From Octopus sinensis (taxonomy: Eukaryota): DNA of 23,916 nucleotides. Shown piece by piece: positions 12,895 through 22,650 of the stretch. The position numbers were made by a program, and so were the translations under genes. The first letter of the stretch is position 1, and every line of letters begins with the position of its first letter. The notes under the pieces were generated by a model that was not told where the DNA came from, ran no database searches, and was given only the letters and a program-made list of their open reading frames with translations. Location: the NCBI RefSeq assembly GCF_006345805.1, contig NW_021836508.1, positions 1-23,916 on the forward strand. Direction: 5' to 3'.

Positions 12895-13440
12895 AGGCGG
12901 CGAGCTGGCAGAAACGTTAACACGCCAGGCGAAATGTGGAGCCGTATTTCGTCTGCTGCTACGTTCTGAGTTCAAATACCGCCGAGGTCGACTTTGTTTT
13001 CAAATACCGCTGAGGTCGACTTATTTCGGGGTCGATTAAATAAGTACCAGTTATGCACTGGGGTCGATATAATCGACTTAATCCGTTTGTCTGTCCTTGT
13101 TTGTCCCCTCTGTGTTTAGCCCCTTGCGGGTAGTAAAGAAATAGGTATTTCGTCTGCCGTTACGTTCTGAGTTCAAATTCCGCCGAAGTCGACTTTGCCT
13201 TTCATCCTTTCGAGGTCGATTAAATAAGTACCAGTTACGCACTTGGGTCGATGTAATTGACTTAATCCGTTTGTCTGTCCTTGTTTGTCCTCTCTGTGTT
13301 TAGCCCCTTGTGAAATAGGTATTTCGTCCGTTCTTACGTTCTGAGTTCAAATTCCTCTGAGGTCTACGTTGCCTTTCATCCTTCCGGGTCAATAAAATAA
13401 ATACCAATTGAACACTGGGGCTGATGTAATCAACTTATTC
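12895..13440 (+). mobile_element. SINE family 1 trimer: one headed unit and two head-less units
   Basis: Units restart at ggtatttcgtc (13144, 13318); internal ~24-bp duplication at 12971-13022. Confidence 0.88.
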
Positions 13441-13509
13441 CCTACCTCAAAAACGCTGGCCTTGTACCAACATTTCAAACCAGTATACATGTGCGTTGCT
13501 GCTGCTGTT

Positions 13510-13898
13510 TGTTTGTTTGTTTGTTTGTTGAACGAAGCAGTCTTCGTCCCAGAGCTCGCAAGATCGCGCCTCTGTAATGGGAGAAGTCCGAAACGTGGTC
13601 CTTTGCTATTCGTAAGACCCGCAGAAGAGAAAGCAGGTCAACCCCCGACACCGAGAGCATCGACGGATGGATGAACGCGCATCCAGGCTCAGTGGTTGCG
13701 TAGGAAGTCGGGGACAAGAAACAGGAAGAAAGAGTGAGAGAAAGTTGGGGCGAAAGAGTACAACAGGGGTCACCACCACTCCCTGCCGGAGCCTTGTGGA
13801 GCGTTAGGTGGTTTCGCTCAATAAACACACACAACGCCCGGTCTGGGAATCGAAACCGCGAGTCCGCTGCCCTAACCATTGGGCCATGGCACCTCCAC
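13510..13898 (-). mobile_element. tRNA-headed SINE family 2, variant b, with (AAAC)n tail
   Basis: Reverse complement of the family 2 head at ~13810-13898; probable TSD tgct(g/t)ctgctgtt at 13497 and 13899. Confidence 0.8.
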
Positions 13899-14555
13899 TG
13901 CTTCTGCTGTTGGCTTTACTCGAACAGACTTATGATGAAAGACATTCCGTCCGTAGAAATTCCGTCATATTCTAAATCTGGTTTATGTCACACTGAATTA
14001 TCTAACATGTCCACTTTGAAGTGGTAGCATATAGCTTGAGGGTGCTTTGCTTGCTATTTCTGTCGTTGTGGTTGTCAAAAGTGTCGTCTGCTATGTTAAT
14101 TTTCTTCGCTGAAATGTCATTAGTTTATCCTTTTCTATTATTTATTTGTGTATTCATTAATATTATTTTTGCATTTTGCTTTCATTTTGTTTGATAGCTG
14201 GATTGCTTTGTTCAATGTTATTTGTATCAGAAGTTAGTTTACGAAACTCGAGCAGCCATTTTTTAACGTACACATAGAGGGTAGAATAAAAATGTTGTCT
14301 AACCCCAGTACAGGGTTTACTTACCAAAATGTTCAGCAATAATCCTCGTTTGAAAGAAGCTTTAAAATAAAAATGAAATCCTTTGATTACAATTGAATAA
14401 CGTTGTAGCTAATTCTCTGAGCAAAATTTTTAACCATCTAAATGAGTTAGAAGGAAACAACAACGACAACCACAACAGCAACAACAAAAACAACAAAAAA
14501 CAATAGCAGCAATAATTATTATAGAGGGGCTGTCCTGGTGAGTGATTATCGCTGG

Positions 14556-14923
14556 ATTTTATAGGATTTCTCCATAGAGATTGATCATTGCTATTGAAGC
14601 AAAGAAACCGGATATGAGCGTGGAGAACAGAAAACAACAACAACAACAACAACAAGAAAATGTAAGATCATAGAATTTGCAAAGCCATATGATAGCAAAG
14701 TGGATATTTCGGAAACTGAGAAAATTGAGGAACATCAAGACCTTGCCAGAGAGATGAAGAGGTTGCGAAACACGAAGTGTAAAGATTGTTTCTACTTGAA
14801 GCAATGGCGAAACTGCTACTTAAGAAACTGAAGGATATTGGGAATGAGACACGTCTTGTTGACCCGCTGCAAAGTGCTGTACTGTCTTCTGTGAGAATTC
14901 TAAGAAAGATTCTTGAAATTTGA
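14556..14923 (+). pseudogene. 3' fragment of an REL-endonuclease non-LTR retrotransposon (R4/Dong/CRE-like)
   Basis: IL*DFSIEIDH-AIEAKKPD...KCKIIEFAKPYDSKV...EKIEEHQDLAREMKRL...LQSAVLSSVRILRKILEI*, the typical PD-(D/E)xK C-terminus; interrupted by (AAC)n. Confidence 0.8.
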
Positions 14924-15228
14924 GGAGACTTTTAGTAACCAAGTCTCAAAATAGCATAGCTGCTAATTAAATTAGTGAGTAAAAGCATTTGTACGAATAT
15001 GTAATAGCTTTCGTTGTTGTAGAGCAACGATAGTAATAATGGTTTTTAAATATTGGCTGAAGGCCAGAAATTTCGGGGGAAGAGGTAAGTCGATTACAGC
15101 GACCCCCAGTGAGCAATTTGAACTTCAGAACGTAAAGACGAAGGAAATACCGCAAAGTATTTTACGTGGTGTGCTAACGATTCTGCCAGCTTGCTGCCAT
15201 ACAATAATAATAATAATAATAATAATAC

Positions 15229-15680
15229 GCTCTTTACTCTTTTACTTTTTTACTTGTTTCAGTCATTTGATTGCGGCCATACTGGAGCACCGCCTTTAAT
15301 TGAGCAAATCTACCCAAGGACTTATTCTTTGTAAGCCTAGTGGCACCTTGGGCAAGTGCCTTCTACTATAGCCTCGGGCCGACCAAAGCCTTGTGAGTGG
15401 CTTTGGTTGACGGAAACTGAAAGAAGCCCGTCGTATATATATATATATATATATATATTCATGTGTGTATATGTTTGTGTGTCTGTGTTTGACCCCAGAT
15501 TCGCTTGACAACCGATGGTGGCGTGTTTACGTCCCCGTAACTTAGTGGTTCGGCAAAAGAGACCGATAAAATAAGTACCAGGTTTACAAAGAATAAGTCC
15601 TGGGGTCGATTTGCTCGACTAAAGGCGGTGCTCCAGCATGGCCACAGTCAAATGACCGAAACAAGTAAAAGAGTAAAGAG
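15229..15680 (+). mobile_element. SINE family 3 copy whose 5' head is replaced by an inverted copy of its own 3' end
   Basis: 15229-15341 is the reverse complement of ~15575-15680. Confidence 0.85.
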
Positions 15681-16284
15681 AAGGGAGTTAGTCGATACTA
15701 TCGATTGGTACATTTTTTTGTCGATTTCGGAAAAATGAAATGCAAAGTTAACCTCTGCGGGATCCGAACTCAGAGCCGGAATAAATATCGCAGAGTATTT
15801 TGTTCGACGCTCTAACAATTCTGCCAGGTCACCGCCAAGACATGAATGATTCTAGTCACAGTTAGAAACAAGCGGGGAGTCGACCTCAAACAATGAAACG
15901 AATGAAGCACTCATTAATTATATAATTATATCATGGCTCTGTTGTTTAATTACTGTGGATGATACCTATTAACGAGCTTGTTAGACTGATTCAGTTCGAG
16001 TCACGTTCCTTGGGGGTGTGTCCTGTGCAGAACGCTGTCAGAGGTAGAGCAATTTATGGACATTCGATATATCGACCGATTACTGGATATTATCTGGTAT
16101 CGGCCAGCTGAGACTTCCACACGTTTGGCCTTCACGAAACCGAAGAAAACATTATAAAAAGCACTGGATATTCCAGAGATCGAACTTACGAACAACAAAG
16201 CCAAGAAAAAAATAAAAAGAAAAAAGCCCCGAAACATTATCTCTATGTTCAATCATAGTGACTTTTCCATACTCTCGAACTATA

Positions 16285-16517
16285 TATTTCTTTATTTCCC
16301 ACAAGGGGCTAAACACAGAGGGGACAAACAAGGACAGACAAACGGATTAAGTCGATTACATCGAACCCAGTGCGTAACTAGTACTTAATTTATCGACCCC
16401 GAAAGGATGAAAGGCAAAGTCGACCTCGGCGGAATTTGAACCCAGAACGTAACGGTAGACGAAATACGGCTACGCATTTCGCCCCGCGTGTTAACGTTTC
16501 TGCAAGCTCGCCGCCTT
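16285..16517 (-). mobile_element. SINE family 1, full-length copy
   Basis: TSD ata(c/a)tctcgaactata at 16269-16284 and 16518-16533. Confidence 0.93.
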
Positions 16518-16682
16518 ATAATCTCGAACTATAAAGCTGGCGAATCACCCTCGAGTTTACTAACAAGAATCTTTGATTAATTTAAAATTACAGACTTCGA
16601 TATTTGGTCAATGAGAGCAAATTAGCTTTCGTTTGGTGACATCATGCATGTGTCATGGCAACGATAAAGTTATAGTCGACGA

Positions 16683-16732
<50 letters not shown>

Positions 16733-17004
16733 GCATGTATGTGTATGTATTCACACATGTATGAATGTATGTAACACATATATCTGTGTATATAATGCAC
16801 ACACGCGCACTCACACAAACATATATAGATATATATATGTATAAGTATGTATTATAAAATGGTGATTAAATCAAATTTCCAGTTCGTTGACAGCAACTAA
16901 TAATTAATTTTATTAGCAATACAAACTGGTTATCCTTGGGGGTTATGCAATAAATTTGATTTACATATAATTCAACTTGTGTGATAAAATATAGCTTTAT
17001 GCCG

Positions 17005-17005
17005 C

Positions 17006-17051
<46 letters not shown>

Positions 17052-17084
17052 CTATATCTATCTATCTATCTATCTATCCGTCTG

Positions 17085-17125
<41 letters not shown>

Positions 17126-17477
17126 GTGTCTTTCTATAACTATGTTTCTGTATGTATGTATGTATGTATGTATGTATGTATGTATGTACGTACGTACTTA
17201 TCTCTGTATCTGTTTGTCTGTCTATCCGCTTGTCTATCTCTCTCTCTATCTATCTTTACCTACCTATCTATATATCAGCCTCTCTCTCTGTCTCCCATTC
17301 TCCCCACCTCTGTAAATATGAGTACGCACACACCTATTTACAAATACACACTATTATAGAACCTTCATTATCGCTCCGAGTTTCCAGCTTAATTAAACAA
17401 TTAATTAAGTGTTCATCAGACAATTTACTTGATCCAATTCGAATATGGAATTGGATCATGTATTTGTCTGACTAGTG

Positions 17478-17517
<40 letters not shown>

Positions 17518-17665
17518 GTGTATATATATATATATATGTATGTGTCTTTGTGTGTGTATATATGTATATATGTATATATATGTATATATGTATATATACA
17601 TATATATATATATACACACACAGATACAAATAAAGCACATGTGTGTCTGTGTGTCTGTGTGTGCG
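17005..17665. repeat. (TATC)n, (TATG)n and (TA)n microsatellite cluster
   Basis: Direct reading; short unique spacer at ~17350-17480. Confidence 0.88.
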
Positions 17666-18152
17666 TATTACCTCAGGAACTTTTAATTCGTTTGACGTAA
17701 ATACGCCGTATCAGAGAGCAAGTAAATGGAATTACATAAAAATGTAGTTATCTCGTCTCCTCAAAGTCTTTTACAATACACAAGATTACGTTTCCATTTT
17801 ACAACTGTATATATAGCTAGATATGTACGGTTGTGTGGTTAACTTAAGAAATTTGTTTCTCGATCACAGCGTCCCGAGATCCATCCCAGTTCGCAATACT
17901 TTAGGAGTGTTTGTTTTAGAATAGCTTCAGAGTGTGGTAGAAACTTATTGCAAAAATTGAGCAGAAATTCGTCACACAGAATTCGTTACACGCAAACACA
18001 TACGTATATATAGTTTATAGATGAGAGACAGATATTCTCCGTATAGAATACACCTCGTAGTGCTCAACAGCTTTAAACTTGAGCAGCTAGAGGAGCAAAT
18101 GTAAGGATGTTTTGTATATCGACTTGCCTAACCTGCTTCTCCTTAAATTTAC

Positions 18153-18238
<86 letters not shown>

Positions 18239-18336
18239 TTAATCATATGAAAGGGAAATGGAAATTAATTAAAATTTCCATTTCCAGTGGCCTAACGTGT
18301 AAAAATGTAGTCCAAAGACTATGTATTAGTCATAAG

Positions 18337-18724
18337 GTGGAGGCGCAATGGTCCAGCGGTTAGGGCAGCGGGCTCGCAGTCGTAGGATCGCGGTTTCGAT
18401 TCCCAGACCGGGCGTTGTGAGTATTTATTGAGCGAAAACACCTAAAAGCTCTACGATGCTCCGGCAGGGGATGGTGGTGATCCCTGCTGTACTCTTTCAC
18501 CACAACTTTCTCTTACTCTTACTTCCTGTTTCTGTTGTACCTGTATTTCAAAGGGCCGGCCTTGTCACTCTCTGTGTCACGCTGAATATCCCCGAGAACT
18601 ACGTTAAGGGTACACGTGTCTGTGGAGTGCTCAGCCACTTACACGTTAATTTCACGAGCAGGCTGTTCCGTTGATTCGGATCAACCGGAACCCTCATCGT
18701 CGTAACCGACGGAGTGCTTCCATC
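18337..18724 (+). mobile_element. tRNA-headed SINE family 2, variant c
   Basis: 12-bp TSD attagtcataag at 18325-18336 and 18725-18736; A-box-like and B-box-like (gtttcgattccc) motifs. Confidence 0.9.
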
Positions 18725-19220
18725 ATTAGTCATAAGATACAGTGTACATTTAAACACATAAGGAATCCACTCGTGGGATTCAACACGCTAGAAAGAACAG
18801 CTAGGTTCTATAACCACAAAATTAGGGATAAAATTCGACAGGAACGAAATTTCATGGCTGATACATTATTTTATCGACGAAGGAAGAAATTGACGCCGGA
18901 GGCATCCGAACTCAGATCGTAGAGATCCAGAAGAAATACCGCAAAGCAGTTTTCCAACGCTCTCACAATTGAGCTAATCCATCGTGCTTTGCTAAATGAA
19001 GTATGGGTACCTTAGGGTGTTAGGAAGATAGACTGACAGCAAAACAAACAATGAAGTGAATAGTTTTTAAACGCACAATACCAATATTTAGTCTTAATAT
19101 ATATGAAATCACCCAAGCACATTAACAGAGAAATTACTGAAAAGGGGAGCAAAAAAAGGAAGTAACATTTTTGTGTTAGTAGAATAAAGAGCGCGCCATG
19201 GCAGCGAGTTGGCAAAAACG

Positions 19221-20970
19221 TCACCACTTCGTTTGACGTCGGTTGTGTTTTTTTCGGCTCCTGAAAATTCGGTAAAAAAGAACAAAAAGCGTTGTTGTTG
19301 TTGTGGAAATTCTGAACGGCGTTGACGCGGTTTCGCGTTTCGCTCGTTCAGCGCGTTAAACTTTTTTCTGTTTTGGCGGCCGTTTTCGGTCTGTCAGACA
19401 GAAGGAAATGGACTATGAGTCTCTAACAGACTTGTCCACGACAGATGAGGAACTAGAACAGGCAATTGCAGTGAAGCTGATGGAGGAAAAGGCTGGAGTT
19501 TTCGAGTCTTTATCAGACTCGCCTACGTCTGAGAAGGAGCTAGAAATGGCAGCGAGGAATTTGGAAAAGAAGCTGAGTTATACTTATGCCGGTGTAACCA
19601 AGAAGGCGGAAGAGAAAGGGGTCGACTTGGCCAAGCTACCAAGTTACCAGAAACACATGAAAAGGAAAGCGGTGAGGTGGAACTATCACCGACACCCAGG
19701 AGAAAAGAATGGTATGATAAGAGGACCATTGTTTACAGGGTGTGCGCAAACGAAAGGAAGAGGGTAGAAGTTGTATCCATGGAATGGATAGAGGAAGCCC
19801 TGCGAAGAACTGAGGAGGAAATAAATTTTCTGACTCGAGGATCCAAGTATGGGACCGTAGTTGTGCATTTTAAAAGTGAATCTGCAGCGAGGAAGATGGC
19901 GGCGAAGGCGGTGAAGTCGGAAAAGGTAACACTGTTACCTACGTATTTAAACAGGAGGATTACACGAATAAGGGTGGAGGGAGTGCCACCAAACGTGGAG
20001 GCAGAATGGATTGTGGCGGCTGTGATCAGCGGCCACGAGGACGAAGTAGATATTCTCCATGCCTCGGTTAAGTCCGAGGGCTGGAGAGGCGTAACAGTGG
20101 AGCTGAACGTACAGGCAGAGACCGAGGTACTGGTGGACCTGACGGAAAGCATCAGACTGGGAGAAGTGATCATGAGAGTGTGGGTGGAGGGCAGGGCTCC
20201 ACGTTGTTACAAGTGTGGCCTGAGGGGTCACATAAGAGCCTTCTGCCCTCCCCCAGGGAAAGAAATGGATCCCGAACCAGAGAGAGAGAAGCAGAAACCA
20301 GAGGAGAAGGAAACAGAGGAAGAGAATACACAGAAATGGAAGGAAGCTGGAAGTAAGAGAAGAGAAGAATACGTGGAAAAGAAAATAATATGGAACTCCA
20401 ATCCACCCCAAAACCACCCACGCCCTCTGAGTCCCACCCTATCCATGCAGACATTGAACCCACCGCTCCCCCCCCCCAAAAAGAAAACAAAAGAAAAAAA
20501 AGAATACACACACACAAGAGATTGAAATCGATATCAGGCCGTACATTTGTACTATGACTGAACAGAAAGAAGTTAAAAGTCTAATGGAAGAGTATAAATG
20601 GTATGATGTTGGTGAGACTAGGTATGCTGTGATTGAAAAGAAGAACATAGGTGACTTTATGGTGATGTGTGAATGCGAGAATTGGGAGGTGAAAGATATA
20701 AGAATGAGCGATGAATTCGTGGAAAATATGGATGAGTATTTCGGAGTAAGAATGGATATGGAATTTATTCGTATTGGCAAAGAACATTCAAGTGACTATG
20801 AAAAACAAAGGACAGGTAAGTGATGCTGACGGACGGGGCCGTTGGTATCGCTTTCATTTAATCATTTTTTCGTTTAACAATTCATGTTCATAAAGTTTAA
20901 TTATAATGTTCTATGTCCCCATGTCTTTTGGTGTCCCCTTCTGTGTCGCCCCTAGTGGGTAATAAAGAAA
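19221..20970 (+). mobile_element. ORF1-only non-autonomous non-LTR element (HAL1-like, Tx1-related), copy A
   Basis: Starts tcaccacttcgtttgacg, ends cccctagtgggtaataaagaaa; encodes ORF1 only, with no RT or endonuclease. Confidence 0.85.
19408..20823 (+). pseudogene. ORF1 protein (RRM-like domains and CX2CX4HX4C knuckle), frameshifted
   Basis: Collinear with copies B and C; frameshifts near 19663, ~20360 and the C-run at ~20470; CYKCGLRGHIRAFC. Confidence 0.85.
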
Positions 20971-22642
20971 TCACCACTTCGTTTGACGTCGGTTGTGTTT
21001 TTTTCGGCTCCTGAAAATTCGGTAAAAAAGAACAAAAAGTGAATGGTTGTTGTTGTGAAATTTTGAGCGTAGTTGATGCGGTTTCGCGTTTCACTGGTTC
21101 TGCGCGTTGCACTTTTTCGGTTCGGGAGGCCGTTTTTCGGTCTGAGGCGATTATGAGCCGCCTCCATCAAACGGAGGAGATGGAAGGGAGAAATTTCTCT
21201 GAAATTTCGACGGAAGTATTGACATCTGAGGAGGAGTTGGCGGTGAGGGGGATGGAGGGCACCTGCGCGGGTGTGACGAGGAAGTCGATGGAAGGAGAGA
21301 TGGACCTGGCTAGGTTGACGGGCCTCCGGGAGTTTGTGAAGGAGGACGAGAGCGGAGAGGTCGAGCTGCTGCCTCCGGTGGGGCGCGGAGGCTGGTTCCA
21401 TCGTGGAACCGTTGAATGTGAAGTGTTTATGAATGGAGGTGGAAAGATGGAAGTGGTTAACATGGAAGCGGTTGAAGGGGCTCTCAGGCGGACGGGAGAG
21501 GAGGTTGTGTGCTTGACGGGAGGATTGCAGTGCGGAGCCATAGCGGTGCAGTTTAGAAGTGAGGGGGTGGCCAGGAATGTGGCAGCCGGGGTGGTGAGTG
21601 CAGAGGGGTTTTACTTGTTGCCCTCGTGTCTGAATGGGCGGACGGCCGGAATTGGGGTGGAAGGAGTGCCTCCGCGCCTGGAGGGCGAATTGATGGCGGC
21701 TGCGGTTGTGAAAGGAAGTGAAGATGGAGTGGACGTCCTCCACGCCATTATGAAGTGTGAAGGCGTGAGAGGTGCCACACTAGTTATGAACATTCAAACG
21801 GAGGCGGATGTTATAGAGAGGATTACGGACAGCATAAAAACTGGAAATATTATTATGAGAGTGTGGGTGGAGGGTAGGGCGCCCAGGTGCTACAAGTGTG
21901 GCCAAAGGGGTCACATAAGAGCCTACTGCCCTCCCCCACCAAAGGAAAAAGAAAAGGAAAGCGTTGAGGAAGCCTCAGGAGAGGAAGAAAATAAACAGAA
22001 ACAAACAGAGAAGGAAACGACAGAAGAAGAGATGCAACAAGAGTGGAAAGAAGGGGGAACAAAGAGAAAAAGAAAGAAAAAGAAAAACTGTGCGAAGCCC
22101 CAACCCACCCCGACACCACCCATACCCTTGGAGTCCCATCCTTCCCCTGCAAACAGTGATTCCACCCACTCCCCGCCTACAAGAAAATCAAAAAAAACAG
22201 ACACACAGAGCAAAGAAAGTCCCAAGACCCATTTTTTATGTGTTATACATGGGAAAGACATACAAAACGTTAAAAAACAGGTGTTAACCAAGTGGTACGA
22301 ACACGAAGATTGTAGCTACACGGCTGTGGATAGTGATGATACGGGTATATTGGCGAGAAGGTTTGAGGAAGAGGGTGTGTGTTGGAGGTCAGTGGAAATG
22401 AAAGATGAATGGATAGAGATGGCTAATAGAAAAACGAATGTTGTGATAGGAAAACAAGGAATACTAATTGGAAATGGGTGAAGAAGGACAGATAAGTGAT
22501 GCTGGCGGATGGGGCCGTCGGTATCACTCTCATATATCATTTTCATATTCCATTTTGCTCATATATATGTAATTGTGATGTTCTATGTCCCCAATGTTTG
22601 TAATGTCCCCTCTATGTAGCCCCTAGTGGGTAATAAAGAAAT
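20971..22642 (+). mobile_element. ORF1-only element, copy B (A-to-G hypermutated)
   Basis: Same 5' and 3' termini as copy A; fused directly to the copy A tail. Confidence 0.9.
21153..22481 (+). CDS. ORF1/gag-like nucleic-acid-binding protein, 442 aa from the first ATG
   Basis: Open frame; CYKCGQRGHIRAYC knuckle, basic KRKRKKKK patch, Pro-rich linker; ATG shared with copy C. Confidence 0.8.
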   Translation: MSRLHQTEEMEGRNFSEISTEVLTSEEELAVRGMEGTCAGVTRKSMEGEMDLARLTGLREFVKEDESGEVELLPPVGRGGWFHRGTVECEVFMNGGGKMEVVNMEAVEGALRRTGEEVVCLTGGLQCGAIAVQFRSEGVARNVAAGVVSAEGFYLLPSCLNGRTAGIGVEGVPPRLEGELMAAAVVKGSEDGVDVLHAIMKCEGVRGATLVMNIQTEADVIERITDSIKTGNIIMRVWVEGRAPRCYKCGQRGHIRAYCPPPPKEKEKESVEEASGEEENKQKQTEKETTEEEMQQEWKEGGTKRKRKKKKNCAKPQPTPTPPIPLESHPSPANSDSTHSPPTRKSKKTDTQSKESPKTHFLCVIHGKDIQNVKKQVLTKWYEHEDCSYTAVDSDDTGILARRFEEEGVCWRSVEMKDEWIEMANRKTNVVIGKQGILIGNG

Positions 22643-22650
22643 CAGAAACG

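Noticed and set aside
21039-21152. N-terminal extension of the 480-aa ORF call
   Set aside because: It starts at GTG in the 5' UTR; the first ATG shared with copy C is 21153.
20952-21743. 263-aa minus-strand ORF
   Set aside because: Antisense shadow of the edited ORF1; A-to-G changes remove antisense stops and it is not kept at this length in copy C.
21247-21757. Diversity-generating retroelement (template/variable repeat with adenine mutagenesis)
   Set aside because: DGRs give A-to-N in ~100-150-bp repeats next to a DGR RT; here the changes are almost purely A-to-G over 510 bp in a eukaryotic element.
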